Assembly (NCBI GenBank): GCA_964016885.1
Contig: OZ024761.1
Coordinates: 31,000,001 to 31,064,000, forward strand
DNA from: Eledone cirrhosa
Lineage: Eukaryota
DNA: 64,000 bases
Direction of reading: 5' to 3'
The first letter of the stretch is position 1; every line of letters begins with the position of its first letter. Shown here piece by piece: positions 46,305 to 58,954 of this stretch. Both the position numbers and the translations under genes were made by a program. The notes beneath the pieces are model-generated. The model was not told the DNA's origin, searched no databases, and saw nothing but the letters and a program-made list of their open reading frames with translations.

Positions 46305-46585
46305 ACGGTTTGGAGATTGAAGAAGTGGATGACTTCTTATACGTTGGCAGTATTATGAACGCAGAGCACAATATGGATACCAGGATAGGCAGGACAAAGG
46401 TGGGGGGGGGGTGTCTCTGATAAAAAAAAATACAAAAATGAAGCTATTCAAAGCAATGGTTGAGTCCATTCTCCTCTATGGATGTGAGTCATGGACACTG
46501 ACAAAAACACTCATAAAGAGGATTAGTGGCATATTAACCCGGATGCTGAGAAAAGTCCAGAACATCTCCTGGAGAACACAAGTAG
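46305..46585 (+). mobile_element. RTE-like RT fragment
   Basis: EEVDDFLYVGS and KLFKAMVESILLYGCESWTL motifs. Confidence 0.75.
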
Positions 46586-46837
46586 CAAATGTACTGTGCC
46601 TTTTGTTTTGTTATTTTTGTTTACCTTTTACACATACACACACACATATATGTATATATATTCAATTTTTTAAATTTACTTGGACTATATTTTCTGTATC
46701 CATCCTTTGTCATCCTGTCTCTGTACTCCTGAAGAAGGGCTAAAGCCCGACATGTTGAACTTTTTTTCCCCCTTTCCATATAAAGCATGAAACTAATAAG
46801 ACTTTTTGTACCTCTGTTGTTTCCTTGAATTATATAT

Positions 46838-47084
46838 ATAGTGAAAGAGTGAAGAATAATATGGTCAGCTGTACAAAAAAGGGTTTTATTTACAGTATTA
46901 ACAATTGTTTCATTGATCAGGTGAGTCTAAAGGCCGCTGATCACTTGAAATTGTGTCACTCGACCTTAAATACAGTGTGTGACTGATCAAATCATTGGAA
47001 TACTGATCAATGAAATAATTGTTAATACTGTAAATAAAACCCTTTTTATACAGCTGACCATGTTACTCTTCACTCTTTCACTAT
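46838..47084. repeat. Inverted repeat with a decayed minus-strand hammerhead
   Basis: Arms of about 82 bp. Minus strand: CAGTATT-CCAATGA-TTTGATCAG...CTGATCAAT-GAAA-C-AATT-GTT-AATACTG. A related tail piece is at about 34905-34952. Confidence 0.75.
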
Positions 47085-47242
47085 TATTGCTCCAAGAATA
47101 ACCTACATGGGAATTCTCGTAAACTCGTTACCTAATTAAGGAAACTTCTTGTTGAGTCAAACAACGCCGTAAATTAAAACTATCCATAGTACAGAGTACT
47201 CTCAACCTCTAACTGGATTACCTAAAACAATAACTTGTTATC

Positions 47243-47289
<47 letters not shown>

Positions 47290-47604
47290 GGTGTGTGTGT
47301 ATGTATGAAAATATATATATATTGGTTAAGAGAGTGAAACTGGCTTTGTGCAGTGCCTTTGCTCACTATAAAAGCTTCACGGCACAGGCATTGCTTTATA
47401 TCTGGAGATCTATCTGTACTTGTTATCACATGGTACCATGGGCCCAGCACTATGTGTCAATAATTGTCACAAGTGTAGTGTTTGTACCAGAGTTTTCAAG
47501 TCGCTGGCTGGACTAAAAAAAGTCACACTTGTTCAGCGCTTCGGTAGGAGTTCTCCTACATGGATATAAAGTAGTGGCCGTACTCGAAAACGAGTTGGCA
47601 GCCA

Positions 47605-47648
<44 letters not shown>

Positions 47649-49588
47649 TAAAATGATGGAATGATCAAAGCTAGAACACCTTTGATCATAGATCTGTTTC
47701 AATGAGAGCTGGCCTGGGGCTAAACAGCAAAGACAATGTTTACTTGTTTCTCAATTTTGCAGTGTAGAACCATTCCTTAGATAACAAGATAGTGCAAGCT
47801 ATAAGTGGACCTCTGGACTTATCAAATTAATTTTCCCTCTCATCATCATATTTTTATGAAAACAGATGTTTTTTTCATTTTCTAACTCCCCACAAAACTG
47901 TATATCTTTGTTTATAGTTAATAAAATATTTAATTCACAACTTTACTTTGCAATATTCTCATTCAGGCATATTTTTGGTTTTGTTTTTACTATATGCAGA
48001 AGATACCCATATATCTTAAAGCTGTTGATATAACAACACTCTCTTCCCTACATTTATTAGGCCATCCTTACACTCAAAATGTTGTTCTAAACCACTGCTG
48101 GGTGCTTCAGCTATCCTGCAGTGTTCGTGTTCCTAGAATTCAGTTTTAATGAAACATTATAGTTCAAGGTTAGACAGAAAAAAAAACAAAAAAAATTATG
48201 GTCTGATAAGTAAAAAAGGAATATGTGCAAACATTATTTCTATCGAGAAAATATCCTGCATCAGATTAAATTCCCCCAACACTTAAAGATACTTCCAGTT
48301 CTAAGTCTTCCACCACCACCACCACCACAACTACTGCCACCATAACCACTACTACCACCAGCACCAGCACCACTATAAGAAACCTTGTTAAGTTATGTTC
48401 CAAACACAAGCTTAATAATGGTTTCTTATTTAGGCCACAAGGCCAACAATTTTTTTTTTGGGGGGGGGGGGGGGGGAGTCGATTAAATTCACCTCTGTGC
48501 ATTACTGGTACTTTATTTTTAATGATGGAAAGGTTTTTAGATAAATATAGTGTTAAGAAGGGCATCCAGCTGTAGAAACCAAGCCAAAATCGGTTCTGTC
48601 TGAGCAAGACATGGTCACCTAGCCTTTCATTGCTCACAACAGGATAACCCGTCTAACCCATGCCAACGTTAGACACATGGAATTCAACACCCATGGGTGT
48701 TAGACACATGGAATTCAAAAAGGTGCTCAGGGTTGTTGTTGGCAAGATGGTTAAAATTTTGTTGGTGACTACCAAGTCAGTTGCCAGAGCTGTATGTTAT
48801 TTGAACGTTACAACAATGCAAAATGAATGGTAATCTTGGAATAAATTGAAAGCAACAAAGATGTTGGTGTGTCACCTAATAATTTATTTATCTGTCCTAA
48901 TATTTCGGGTCTAAAAATCCTTTGTCAGAAGACTATAATAAGAAACTGGCTTGAAGTGTGTGCTTTTGTTGTTGTTATTGGCTCGCCTGTAGCCTCCTAT
49001 TAAAGCTGTTTTCTATAGGAAATTATAGTTTTACAGATGAAGCATTCTTCTAATGGATATATTGGTCCCTAATGTTTTTCTGCTGTTACACATTTTTATG
49101 AGGGGAAAAAATATTGATCCATAATTTAAGCCAAATCCCAGCAAACTTTTGGGGAAGAGCAAAGTTGATTAATTAAACCAATCCCAGTATTTGACTGGTA
49201 CTTTATTTTATCAACTTCGGAAAGGCAAAAGGCAAAGTTGACCTTAGTGGAATTTGAACTTAGAATGTAAAGAGTCAGAACAAATACCAGAATGGAATTT
49301 AATCCAATCCTGCCAACTTAATGGAATGAAAAATATTGCATTGAAATGGCATTAGCTATTTAGAGCACCCCAAAAAACAAAAAACAAAAACACACTCATA
49401 CACACACACACTCATACATATATATATACACACTTTGTATCAATATACAAGAGCACATGAATAACAAGTGTTTAAGGGCCATCTTTCCTAGTAAATTAGG
49501 GGTTAGTTTTGCTAACAACAACAAATTATTTTCATCTTTATTATCAAGTACGATGTAGATTGAAGTAGTCAATCTCAACGAAATGTCC

Positions 49589-50707
49589 TCATTTTCTGGA
49601 ATCTTTCACCACTAATTCCTTAAATCCTGTTTTCTCATCGAATTCCCGAGTGAATGTAAGTCCTTGACATTCCCCGATGACCACTTCAACTGTAGTGTAG
49701 ACAATGAGATTCCCAAACACATGACCACCAACAACTTGTCCTTCTCCATCACTAAGGGACATATGAAGATGGTTATCATCAGACAGCGTTCCCACCAATG
49801 ATACAATTTCAAAATGGCCTTCGTAATCTTTCACCTATCAAGAATAAAACAAATCAAGTGTCATAAAGTGTTGTAGTTTGCTATAAACATTGTGGAATAT
49901 GAAATACAAATATAACTAAGAAATAAGTTTGGTTATTTGGAAGCCTGACAATGAGTGTAAGATACAAGTTCCAAGCATGGCTATGACAGACCAATAAAAG
50001 AAAAGTGACCCAGCACAGCTGCAGTCTAATGATTGAAACCAGTAAAACAATAGTGCCCCAGGATGGCCAGTCTAATGACTGAAACCAGTAAAAGAATAGT
50101 ATCCCAGCATGGCCACAGTCTAAATACTGAAACCAATAAAAGAACAATGCCCCAGCATGGCTGCAGTCTATTGATTGAAACTAGTAAAACAATAGTGCCC
50201 CAGGATGGCCATAGTCTAAGGACTGAAACCAATAAATGAATAGTGCCCCAGGATGGCCACAGTCTAAATACCGAAATCAGTAAAACAATAGTGCCCCCGC
50301 ATGGCCACAGTCTAATGACTGAAACCAGTAAAACAATAGTGACCCAGCATGGCCACAGTCTAATGAGTGAAACCAGTAAATGATTGGTGACCCAGCATGG
50401 CCGCAGTCTAATGACTGAAACAAGTAAATGAATAGTGCCCCAGGATGGCCACAGTCTAATGACTGAAATCAGTAAATGATTGGTGACCCAGCATGGCCAC
50501 AGTCTAATAACTGAAACCAATAAAAGATCAATAAAATAGGTTTACCGTAAAACTGTTAGCCATTCTCAAACGAGCTTTAGTTAAGCTCCCGACAGCAGTT
50601 ACAATGAAAGGACTTTTCAGTTGATTTTCTTGGACAAAATCTTTCAAAGTAGCAACCAATTCCTGGCCAGGTTTGACCCGCAGAGCATAGCATTTCATGT
50701 CACACAT
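49589..50707 (-). CDS. PPC/DUF296-domain protein, about 135 aa, two coding exons (50546-50707 and 49589-49834)
   Basis: Exon A MCDMKCYALRVKPGQEL...IVTAVGSLTKARLRMANSFT|GTAAAC. TTGATAG|exon B VKDYEGHFEIVSLVGTLS...HLHMSLSD..GQVVGGHV...VYTTVEVVIGE...FDEKTGFKEL. Phase-0 GT-AG intron 49835-50545. An acceptor at 50717-50718 implies a further upstream exon. Confidence 0.9.
49960..50525. repeat. About 59-bp intronic minisatellite derived from a SINE 3' end
   Basis: Tandem CCCAGCATGGCCACAGTCTAATGACTGAAACCAGTAAAA units. A single related motif occurs at about 12005-12060. Confidence 0.85.
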
Positions 50708-50791
50708 CTTGTTGGCCTGGAAAATAACAACAGTAACAACAATGACAACAGTATATATAAACCACCAGTAGAGTGTGTGTGTGTGTATATA

Positions 50792-50856
<65 letters not shown>

Positions 50857-50981
50857 TCATCATCATCATCATTTTACGTCTGCTTTTCCCTGCTTGCAAG
50901 GGTTGGACGGGTCCTATTCAGCACAGCATCTCTCCACTTGTCACGGTCCTTCGTCATATACACATATCCATATATACATAC

Positions 50982-51041
<60 letters not shown>

Positions 51042-51514
51042 TTCAAGAGTAACCAATCTTAAAGAGAGAGATGGAGATAGGAGAGGAGAAGAGAGATTGG
51101 TGAATTAGTTAGAAGCCAAAGCCTAAAGGCATGTGCTCAATGTGCAATAGACCACAGATTTCACTAGGAAGACATTATTAAAAGATTGTCAACATATTTT
51201 AGTTTGATGTAAGGAATGTAGAGAATAATAATAATAATATTAATAATAATAATAATGTCCGTTTACAATTGTTTCGCTACTCCATATAATGTTTCTGGAT
51301 CAAATGATTATAGATCATTATTGATCTGGTTCAGTTGAAAATAATTAACTTAGGTAAAAATAGAGCAGCTCATCGGAACTTCGAAAGGAATATAAATTAA
51401 AATAAGGAAAGAATGTTACATGAATGTAATGTTCCATATATTGGTATTTCACTATGGCGTCCTGGGTATATCTATTGTCTGCCATAGTCGAGCAGTATTC
51501 TTCTGTCGAGACTG

Positions 51515-51825
51515 CATTGTGTGAGATCTGCAAGTCTCTAGCAGGCTTGAGCAAATCTGGCCTCAGGAGCCACAGTCACAGCCATGTTCAAAGAGAACCA
51601 GTGAACTATGATCTCCATGGTATTGTGAAGGTTCACAGGCAACCTGATGCAAGACCTGAGGCCAGGGAGACAGATAGTTGCCGTCAATGTGTGAAGGAGT
51701 GCAAGTCTCTAGCAGGCTTGGAAAGCCATATCCAAGTGTCACACATCTGAATCTGACAAGTGAGGACAACCTCTCTAACCCATGCTAGCATGGAAATATT
51801 GACGTAAAATGGTGATGATGATGAT
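51515..51825 (+). mobile_element. LINE 3' end with C2H2-type fingers and (GAT)n tail; inverted copy at about 60950-61300
   Basis: CxxC..SxxGLxSH..H motifs (CRQCVKECKSLAGLESHIQVSH; CPECGKICLSKSGLKSHSHSH), then AACCCATGCTAGCATGG..GACGTAAAATGGTGATGATG. Confidence 0.7.
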
Positions 51826-52210
51826 ATGTATGTATGTGTGTGTGTGCGTATGCATATATGTATGTATTTACATGTATGAATATGTGGTCGGGGTGGAGGT
51901 GATACTAATACTGCAGAATGACAAATGCAGTTCTTGAGATGTTGGCCAAAAAATTCTATTGCAGCTGTAAATTATATTGTTTCACTTTTAGCAGAAAAAA
52001 GATGGTTAAAAGAGTTCCAAGTATTTTATTATGCGCATTTCAAAAACAAATATCATCATGAGATGATATCTGCGTTCTCATCAGATAAAATAGGGATACA
52101 TGATATGAAGCTTAAAAAACACTTGTGAATAGTGAAGTTTTAAATCAACATATGAAAAATAATTTAAGATTGATGTATGATATTGGGAAAAAGTGAGGGG
52201 GGGGGGGGGT

Positions 52211-52243
<33 letters not shown>

Positions 52244-52419
52244 GGAGAGAGAGAGAGCATAAAGTATTTCCCTAATTATAAAATATCATATCTCAGATAC
52301 TATTTGAGATTTTACTTTTTCATTGTTTTAATTTATAAATTTCCAGTTTAAAGTTTTTTCTGAACATGTTTTACATTTTCTTTTCTACAAGAAGTAGTTG
52401 TAATTTTCACTAACAAAAT

Positions 52420-53190
52420 GACATCACTACCACCACCACCATCATCATCACAACCACCACAACCAACATCACCACGACCACAACCAACATCATCACCACC
52501 ACCATCACCATCACCACCACCACCACCATTATCATTGCCACAACCAACATCACCACTACCACCACCACCATCATCACCATCACCACAACCACCATCATCA
52601 CCATCACCACGACCACAACCACCATCATCACCATCACCATGACCACGACCACAACCACCATCATCACCATCACAACCACTACCACAATCATTACCACCAA
52701 CACCACCACCATCATCATCACCAAGACCACAACCAACATCACCATCACAACCACCACCATTATCATCACCACAACCAACATCATCACCACCACCACCACC
52801 ATCATCATCAAGAACACAACCAACATCACTACCATCACTACTACCACCATCATCATCACCACCACGACCATTATCACCACAACCACCATCATCACCATCA
52901 CCACGACCACAACCACCACCATCACCATCACAACCACCACCACAATCATTACCACCACCACCATCATCATCACCAAGATCACAACCAACATCACCATCAC
53001 TGCCACCACCACCAACATCACCATCAATACCACCAACATCACCATCACTACCACCAACATCGCCATCACTGCCACCACCACCAACATCACCATCACTACC
53101 ACCAACATCACCATCACTACCACCACCACTAACATCACCATCAATACCACCAACATCGCCATCACCACCACCACCACCAACATCATCACC
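52420..53190. repeat. (CAC/CAT)n low-complexity tract; complementary tract at 63490-64000
   Basis: Triplet-rich sequence giving spurious Thr, Val and Gly-Asp ORFs. Confidence 0.9.
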
Positions 53191-53509
53191 ATTAAACACT
53201 GTTATCAACAATAACTGCCCCTCATGTCACTGATAAGTTGGTTTACAGAAAATGTTTCCTGTTTCTCACAGTCTCTATTTAACTTGAAATTAGTTTCACT
53301 ATAAAACGCATTCCTATTTCAACAGGGCATGAGCTGTGTAGTAAATGATGAAATTACTAGCAAATATGTACATGCATATACATACATACATACATATATA
53401 TATATGTAGGAGGTGAAACACAAATATTATTGCATGATGATGTTTGTTTTTGAAATGCGCATAATAAAATATATGGAACTCCTTTAACCATCTTTTGATC
53501 TTATATTAC

Positions 53510-54456
53510 ATCATCATCATCATCATCATCATCAACGTTTAACGTCCGTGTTCCATGCTTGCATGGGTTTGGACGGGGGTAGTCCCACTTGAGGCAAGAG
53601 TGATTGTCTTGCTCGCATAGGACTGTCTGGCAGGTTTTCTACAGTTGGATGCCCTTCCTAACACCAACCACATTTACAGTGTGGGTCTGGGAGGTTTTTA
53701 CCGTGTTGCCTACACGGCCACATTACAGCGTGGACTGTGTGTTTTTTTGTCGTGACACCTACACGATCTCATTTGTTTCGGCCTGGATGGCGCGGCACCA
53801 ACATAACTTTACATAGAACGGGGTGGTGTGGATGGGGTGGGGGTGGTGGCGGGACGGGGTGTATTTTGTTAGAGATGCCTACTGGCAAGGCGGGTCTTCT
53901 CTGTTACTGAGTACCGCCAAAGGTCTCGGTCCAGTGACATTGTCTTGGAGAGGTGTAAGTGTGTGAGGTCGGAGTTTATCAGCTCATCCCAGGTTTTTCT
54001 AGGTCTGCTTATTCCGTGGCTACCGTCTATCTTCATTGCCCTGCACTTTGTTATACAGCTATCGACTTTCATGCGCATCACGTGTCCATACCAACGCAGC
54101 CTTCTCTCGAGTAAACAACATCTGATCCCTCTTATCTCTAATTTTTTCCTTAGTTCGTTTATGCTTTGCCGTTCACGTATATTACTGTTACACATCCAGC
54201 GGAGCATGCAAGCTTCGTTCCTCTCTAGTCTGCGTATATCCTCTGCACACAATGCCCAGGTCTCACTACCATGCAACATTGCTGTTCGTATGCAGGCATC
54301 GTACAACCTGCCTTTCATTTTTAGGGAGAACCCTTTAGCAGCTAATAGTGGTATAAGCTCTCTGAACTTTTTCCAACCAGTTCTGACTCTAGCTACAGTA
54401 CTTTCAGAGCACCCTCCCCCACTGCTGATTTTATCGCCCAGGTAACGGAAGCTGTC

Positions 54457-54460
<4 letters not shown>
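53510..54460 (-). mobile_element. 5'-truncated RTE LINE, nearly identical to 7797-8765
   Basis: VDSFRYLG...TEKTRL matches the first copy almost residue for residue. A short deletion spans the stop codon. The 5' end abuts (TA)n. Confidence 0.95.
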
Positions 54461-54484
<24 letters not shown>

Positions 54485-54492
<8 letters not shown>

Positions 54493-55029
54493 ATACTTTG
54501 GGAGGGTCATGTTGCCAATAAGAAACACACGCACCAGTTGCTTTCACTTCAATTTATTATAATAAATTTATAATAAATTTATAAATTTATAAATTTCTGG
54601 TTGGTTGGTTGGTTGGTTCCACAACCAGATAGTTGTTTATATATAGTCATAGTTCTTTCGTCACACGCTCTGTGACCTCTTCAGTGACTGGGGATTCCTT
54701 TCTTTGTTTCTGTGCCTCTCCTTTGTTCTGTCCTACGCCTTCTGTGCCTCTCCTTTGTTCTGTCCTACGCCGTTTTGTGGCGTAGGACAGAACAAAGGAG
54801 AGGCACAGAAACAAAGAAAGGAATCCCCAGTCACTGAAGAGGTCACGGAGTGTGTGACGAAAGAACTATGACTATATATAAACAACTATCTGGTTGTGGA
54901 ACCAACCAACCAACCAGAAATTTATAAATTTATAAATTTATTATAAATTTATTATAATAAATTGAAGTGAAAGCAACTGGTGCATGTGTTTCTTATTGGC
55001 AACATGACCCTCCCAAAGTATAACAATAT
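54485..55029. repeat. Palindromic element with about 250-bp arms and a hammerhead in each arm
   Basis: Plus strand: AGTCA-CTGAAGA(54834-54840)-G-GTCAC..GTGAC-GAAA-GAAC-TA-TGACT. Mirror copy at about 54645-54690. The left arm has a 32-bp tandem duplication. Confidence 0.88.
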
Positions 55030-55081
55030 CGGTTTCAACACACGATTTCAGATAAAGAATCTTGCCAAACAAATTCAGAAA

Positions 55082-55115
<34 letters not shown>

Positions 55116-55191
55116 CGAAGGAAACGTGGGAAGGAACCAGGTGGACCATAATGCACCAAAGTACTCAATACTTAGGGTAGTAGAGTGGGTA

Positions 55192-55310
55192 ATAGGAACA
55201 AGTAAGACCCCGACGGCTGAGCTCAAGCCGTTTCGACGGCTAATTCTGGCGTCCAGAATTAGCCGTCGAAACGGCTTGAGCTCAGCCGTCGGGGTCTTAC
55301 TTGTTCCTAT
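55192..55310. repeat. Perfect palindrome made of two 3' halves of a hammerhead
   Basis: Centre CTGG-CGT-CCAG. Each strand reads ..GCCGTC-GAAA-CGGCT-TGAGCTC-AGCC-GTC-GGGGTC. Confidence 0.85.
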
Positions 55311-55393
55311 ATATATATATATATATATACAAAATGAACTTAAAACGGTAAGTTCTTGTTTTGGGATGTCAATATTTATAAAACAATTTTTGT

Positions 55394-55452
55394 ATTTTAT
55401 CTGATGAGGGCGTACCAAAATTTTGGTACCCTTGAAATATATATAATAAAAT
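55394..55452 (+). ncRNA. Type I hammerhead; inverted duplicate at about 63150-63210
   Basis: ATTTTAT-CTGATGA(55401-55407)-GGGCGTACCAA/TTGGTACCCTT-GAAA-TATATA-TA-ATAAAAT. Confidence 0.8.
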
Positions 55453-55586
55453 AAATATGGTTTTATAAAGACAGTTTCCATGTATTAATATCATTGATAT
55501 TATACTCCAGAAAAAAATCTTGTAGAGTGCTTCGTATCTGTTATAAATGAATTTGTTGAATAACCAACAAATTAAATATCTCTTTG

Positions 55587-55662
<76 letters not shown>

Positions 55663-56419
55663 CAATCTTTATCAAGCCTTCTTCAGATTTTGGTCTTCGT
55701 AATTATTATTATTATATATATATATCATCATCATCATCACCGCTTTACGTCCGTTCTTCCACACTAGCATGGGTTAGACAGGTTGTCCCGTTGTGGGCAG
55801 TGTCTGGTTGGCTGACCTTGTCTTGCTCATACTGGAACTGATTCTGGCTTGATTTCTTCAGCTGGATGCCCTTCCTAACACCAACCTCATTTACAGTGAG
55901 TGCTGGGTGCTTTTGTCCATAGCGCCTACACGACCACTTTACAGTGTGGGCTGGGTGCTTTTTGCCGTGGCACCTCCATGACCACTTTGCAGTGGGGTGG
56001 CATATTGTCTATATGCTTCAGCTTCGTCTTGTACCCGTGGGAAGTCGAGCCTTCTGTATTACTGTGTGATGCCAGAGGTCATGGCTGTGTGTCATCACCT
56101 TTGAGAGGTGCAATTGGGTACGGTCGGCTTTTATCACCTCTTACATATATATATGTGTGTGTGTGTTTGTATTTTGTATATCTAATGATATAGAGTATGT
56201 TTACGCATAAATATTTGAAAGCCTTTAGCTATGAATTTTGGAAGCTGATGGCATAGCATCATCTATCGAATTCCTGCAGAAGCTAGAGAGGGAAACTGCC
56301 GGCGATCATTTCTGACTGATGGTCATTATCAAGACAGTGCTCCCCTTATCTGCCCTGAATTCCAGCAAAGGGCACAGTAAGAGGATCACTGCCTTGATAA
56401 CGACCATTGATCAGAAATG

Positions 56420-56780
56420 ATTGTTGGTAGTTTCCTTGTTATGTAGCTATTAAACCAATCAATCACTGCAAAAGAATTACTCCACAAGGCTAAATGGGCC
56501 ATATCTCTAATTTTGAGTATAATTTTATTAAGCCTTCTTAAATCATATTTAGTGGGGTTAATGAGCCAAATAAATGGGTTAGTATTGAAATTTGATTTAT
56601 GATCCTTCAGAGTTAATGTTGCTATTCCATTCATGTTTTCTATTTAATTTTGTTTGGAGTTCATTTATGTTTATTGCCTCTGTGATTTGTCTAAACATTG
56701 CGTCTTTTCTGTGTGTAGATTCTATTTTTATTTCTATGTTCTCTAATTTACCCTTATGTTCTATTTTAGCATGTTGGTGG
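56420..56780 (-). pseudogene. Penelope-like element RT N-terminal remnant; part duplicated at about 61858-62040(+)
   Basis: TLKDHKSNFNTNP..LINPTK..L..LNKIIL...W.NS.AVIDWF resembles the conserved pre-RT region of invertebrate PLEs (recalled motif, not searched). Confidence 0.65.
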
Positions 56781-56799
56781 AGTACAGGTGATTCTTTAC

Positions 56800-56834
<35 letters not shown>

Positions 56835-57043
56835 TAAAATAACATTAAAGTTTAAGCAAAGAATCGCTGCTTTCACCCTTAATGGGATCTTCTGAAACTC
56901 AAGCCCTCTTTGGATTTTAGTCTTCAAATTTATTATTATTACTATATATATATATATATATATAAAGTTATTCCGGGTTGAATCGGAGGTAACCACAGTA
57001 AGTAAGGTACTCAATACATTGCAGAGTATAAATGTTTTAATAT

Positions 57044-57152
57044 AGAAGAGCTTCTACAGGACTAGAACTGTTTCATTCATGAGAAATCATCAGGAAGCGC
57101 TTCCTGATGATTCCTCACAAATGAAACAGTTCTAGTCCTGTAGAAGCTCTTC
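57044..57152. ncRNA. Back-to-back hammerhead pair (palindrome centred at about 57098)
   Basis: GCTTC-CTGATGA(57104-57110)-stem II-GAAA(57123)-CAG..CTG-TA-GAAGC, with its reverse complement immediately upstream. Confidence 0.82.
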
Positions 57153-57167
57153 CATATTATATATATA

Positions 57168-57760
57168 TATAATAATAAAGTATGAATTCCTACATGTAAA
57201 AAATACATATAGGGAAACAAGTATTATCCAACCGTATGCCCATGTGGTTATATGGCGGATTAATAAATTAACAAGCCAGAACATATAAAATCAAGGTCTA
57301 GCAAATAGAGAAAAAGTTTTTAAATAAATTTTAAAAATAAATTTTAAAAAATTCGCAGTACTTAGTATATGTGCCTTTACCGCGGTTTCATGCTTCAGAG
57401 TAAACGGAAAATCCAAGCGGATTTCCATTGAGAAGGGAGCAATCTTCAGAAGGCTCTTCTCCCTCGGAGAATACAAAATTCCAGAGTTCAAATCACAAAC
57501 TGATGCCATACAAAATCATTCCCAAATGAGAGCGAATGATGAAAGAAATAATTCTGTCTGGTGCCGTGTGCAAAGACAAAAGGCAGGGTGGACAGGTCAA
57601 TGTCCTGCCACTAGAAATAGCAGCAGTCCAAATGGCCAAAATTTTATCTCTACCTTAGGGGGAGATCAATAATAATAAAGTATGAATTGCTACGTGTAAA
57701 AAATACATATAGGGAAACAAGTATTATCCAACTGTATGCCAATGTGGTTCTATGGCGGTT
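57168..57760 (-). mobile_element. Direct-repeat-bounded element (about 90-bp repeats, period about 500 bp) with an internal hammerhead at 57373-57454
   Basis: ATAATAAAGTATGAATT...TATGGCGG at about 57172 and 57672. Minus strand: GCCTT-CTGAAGA-TTGCT...AGCAT-GAAA-CCGCGG-TA-AAGGC. Confidence 0.82.
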
Positions 57761-57982
57761 CTATTGCAAGGGTGGGACAGGAACTGATTCTGGCTTGATT
57801 TCTACAGCTGGATGCCCTTCCTAACACCAACCTCATTTACAGTGAGTGCTGGGTGGTTTTTGCCGTGGCACCTACACGACCACTTTGCAGTGGAATGATA
57901 GGGACTCCAGTCCCTATCATCTCATTTCTACAGCTGAGTAAACTGGAGCAATGTTAAATAAAGTGTCTTGCTCAAGGAAACA

Positions 57983-58034
<52 letters not shown>

Positions 58035-58037
58035 ATA

Positions 58038-58945
<908 letters not shown>

Positions 58946-58954
58946 TATATATAT

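Noticed and set aside
51454-51750. Host C2H2 zinc-finger gene
   Set aside because: Lacks TGEKP linkers and is followed directly by the LINE-type tail and (GAT)n. It is better explained as a LINE C-terminus.
52348-53214. Gly/Asp-rich, Thr-rich and Val/Met-rich ORFs
   Set aside because: (CAC/CAT)n low complexity. The inverted duplicate at 63490-64000 does not preserve the sequence.
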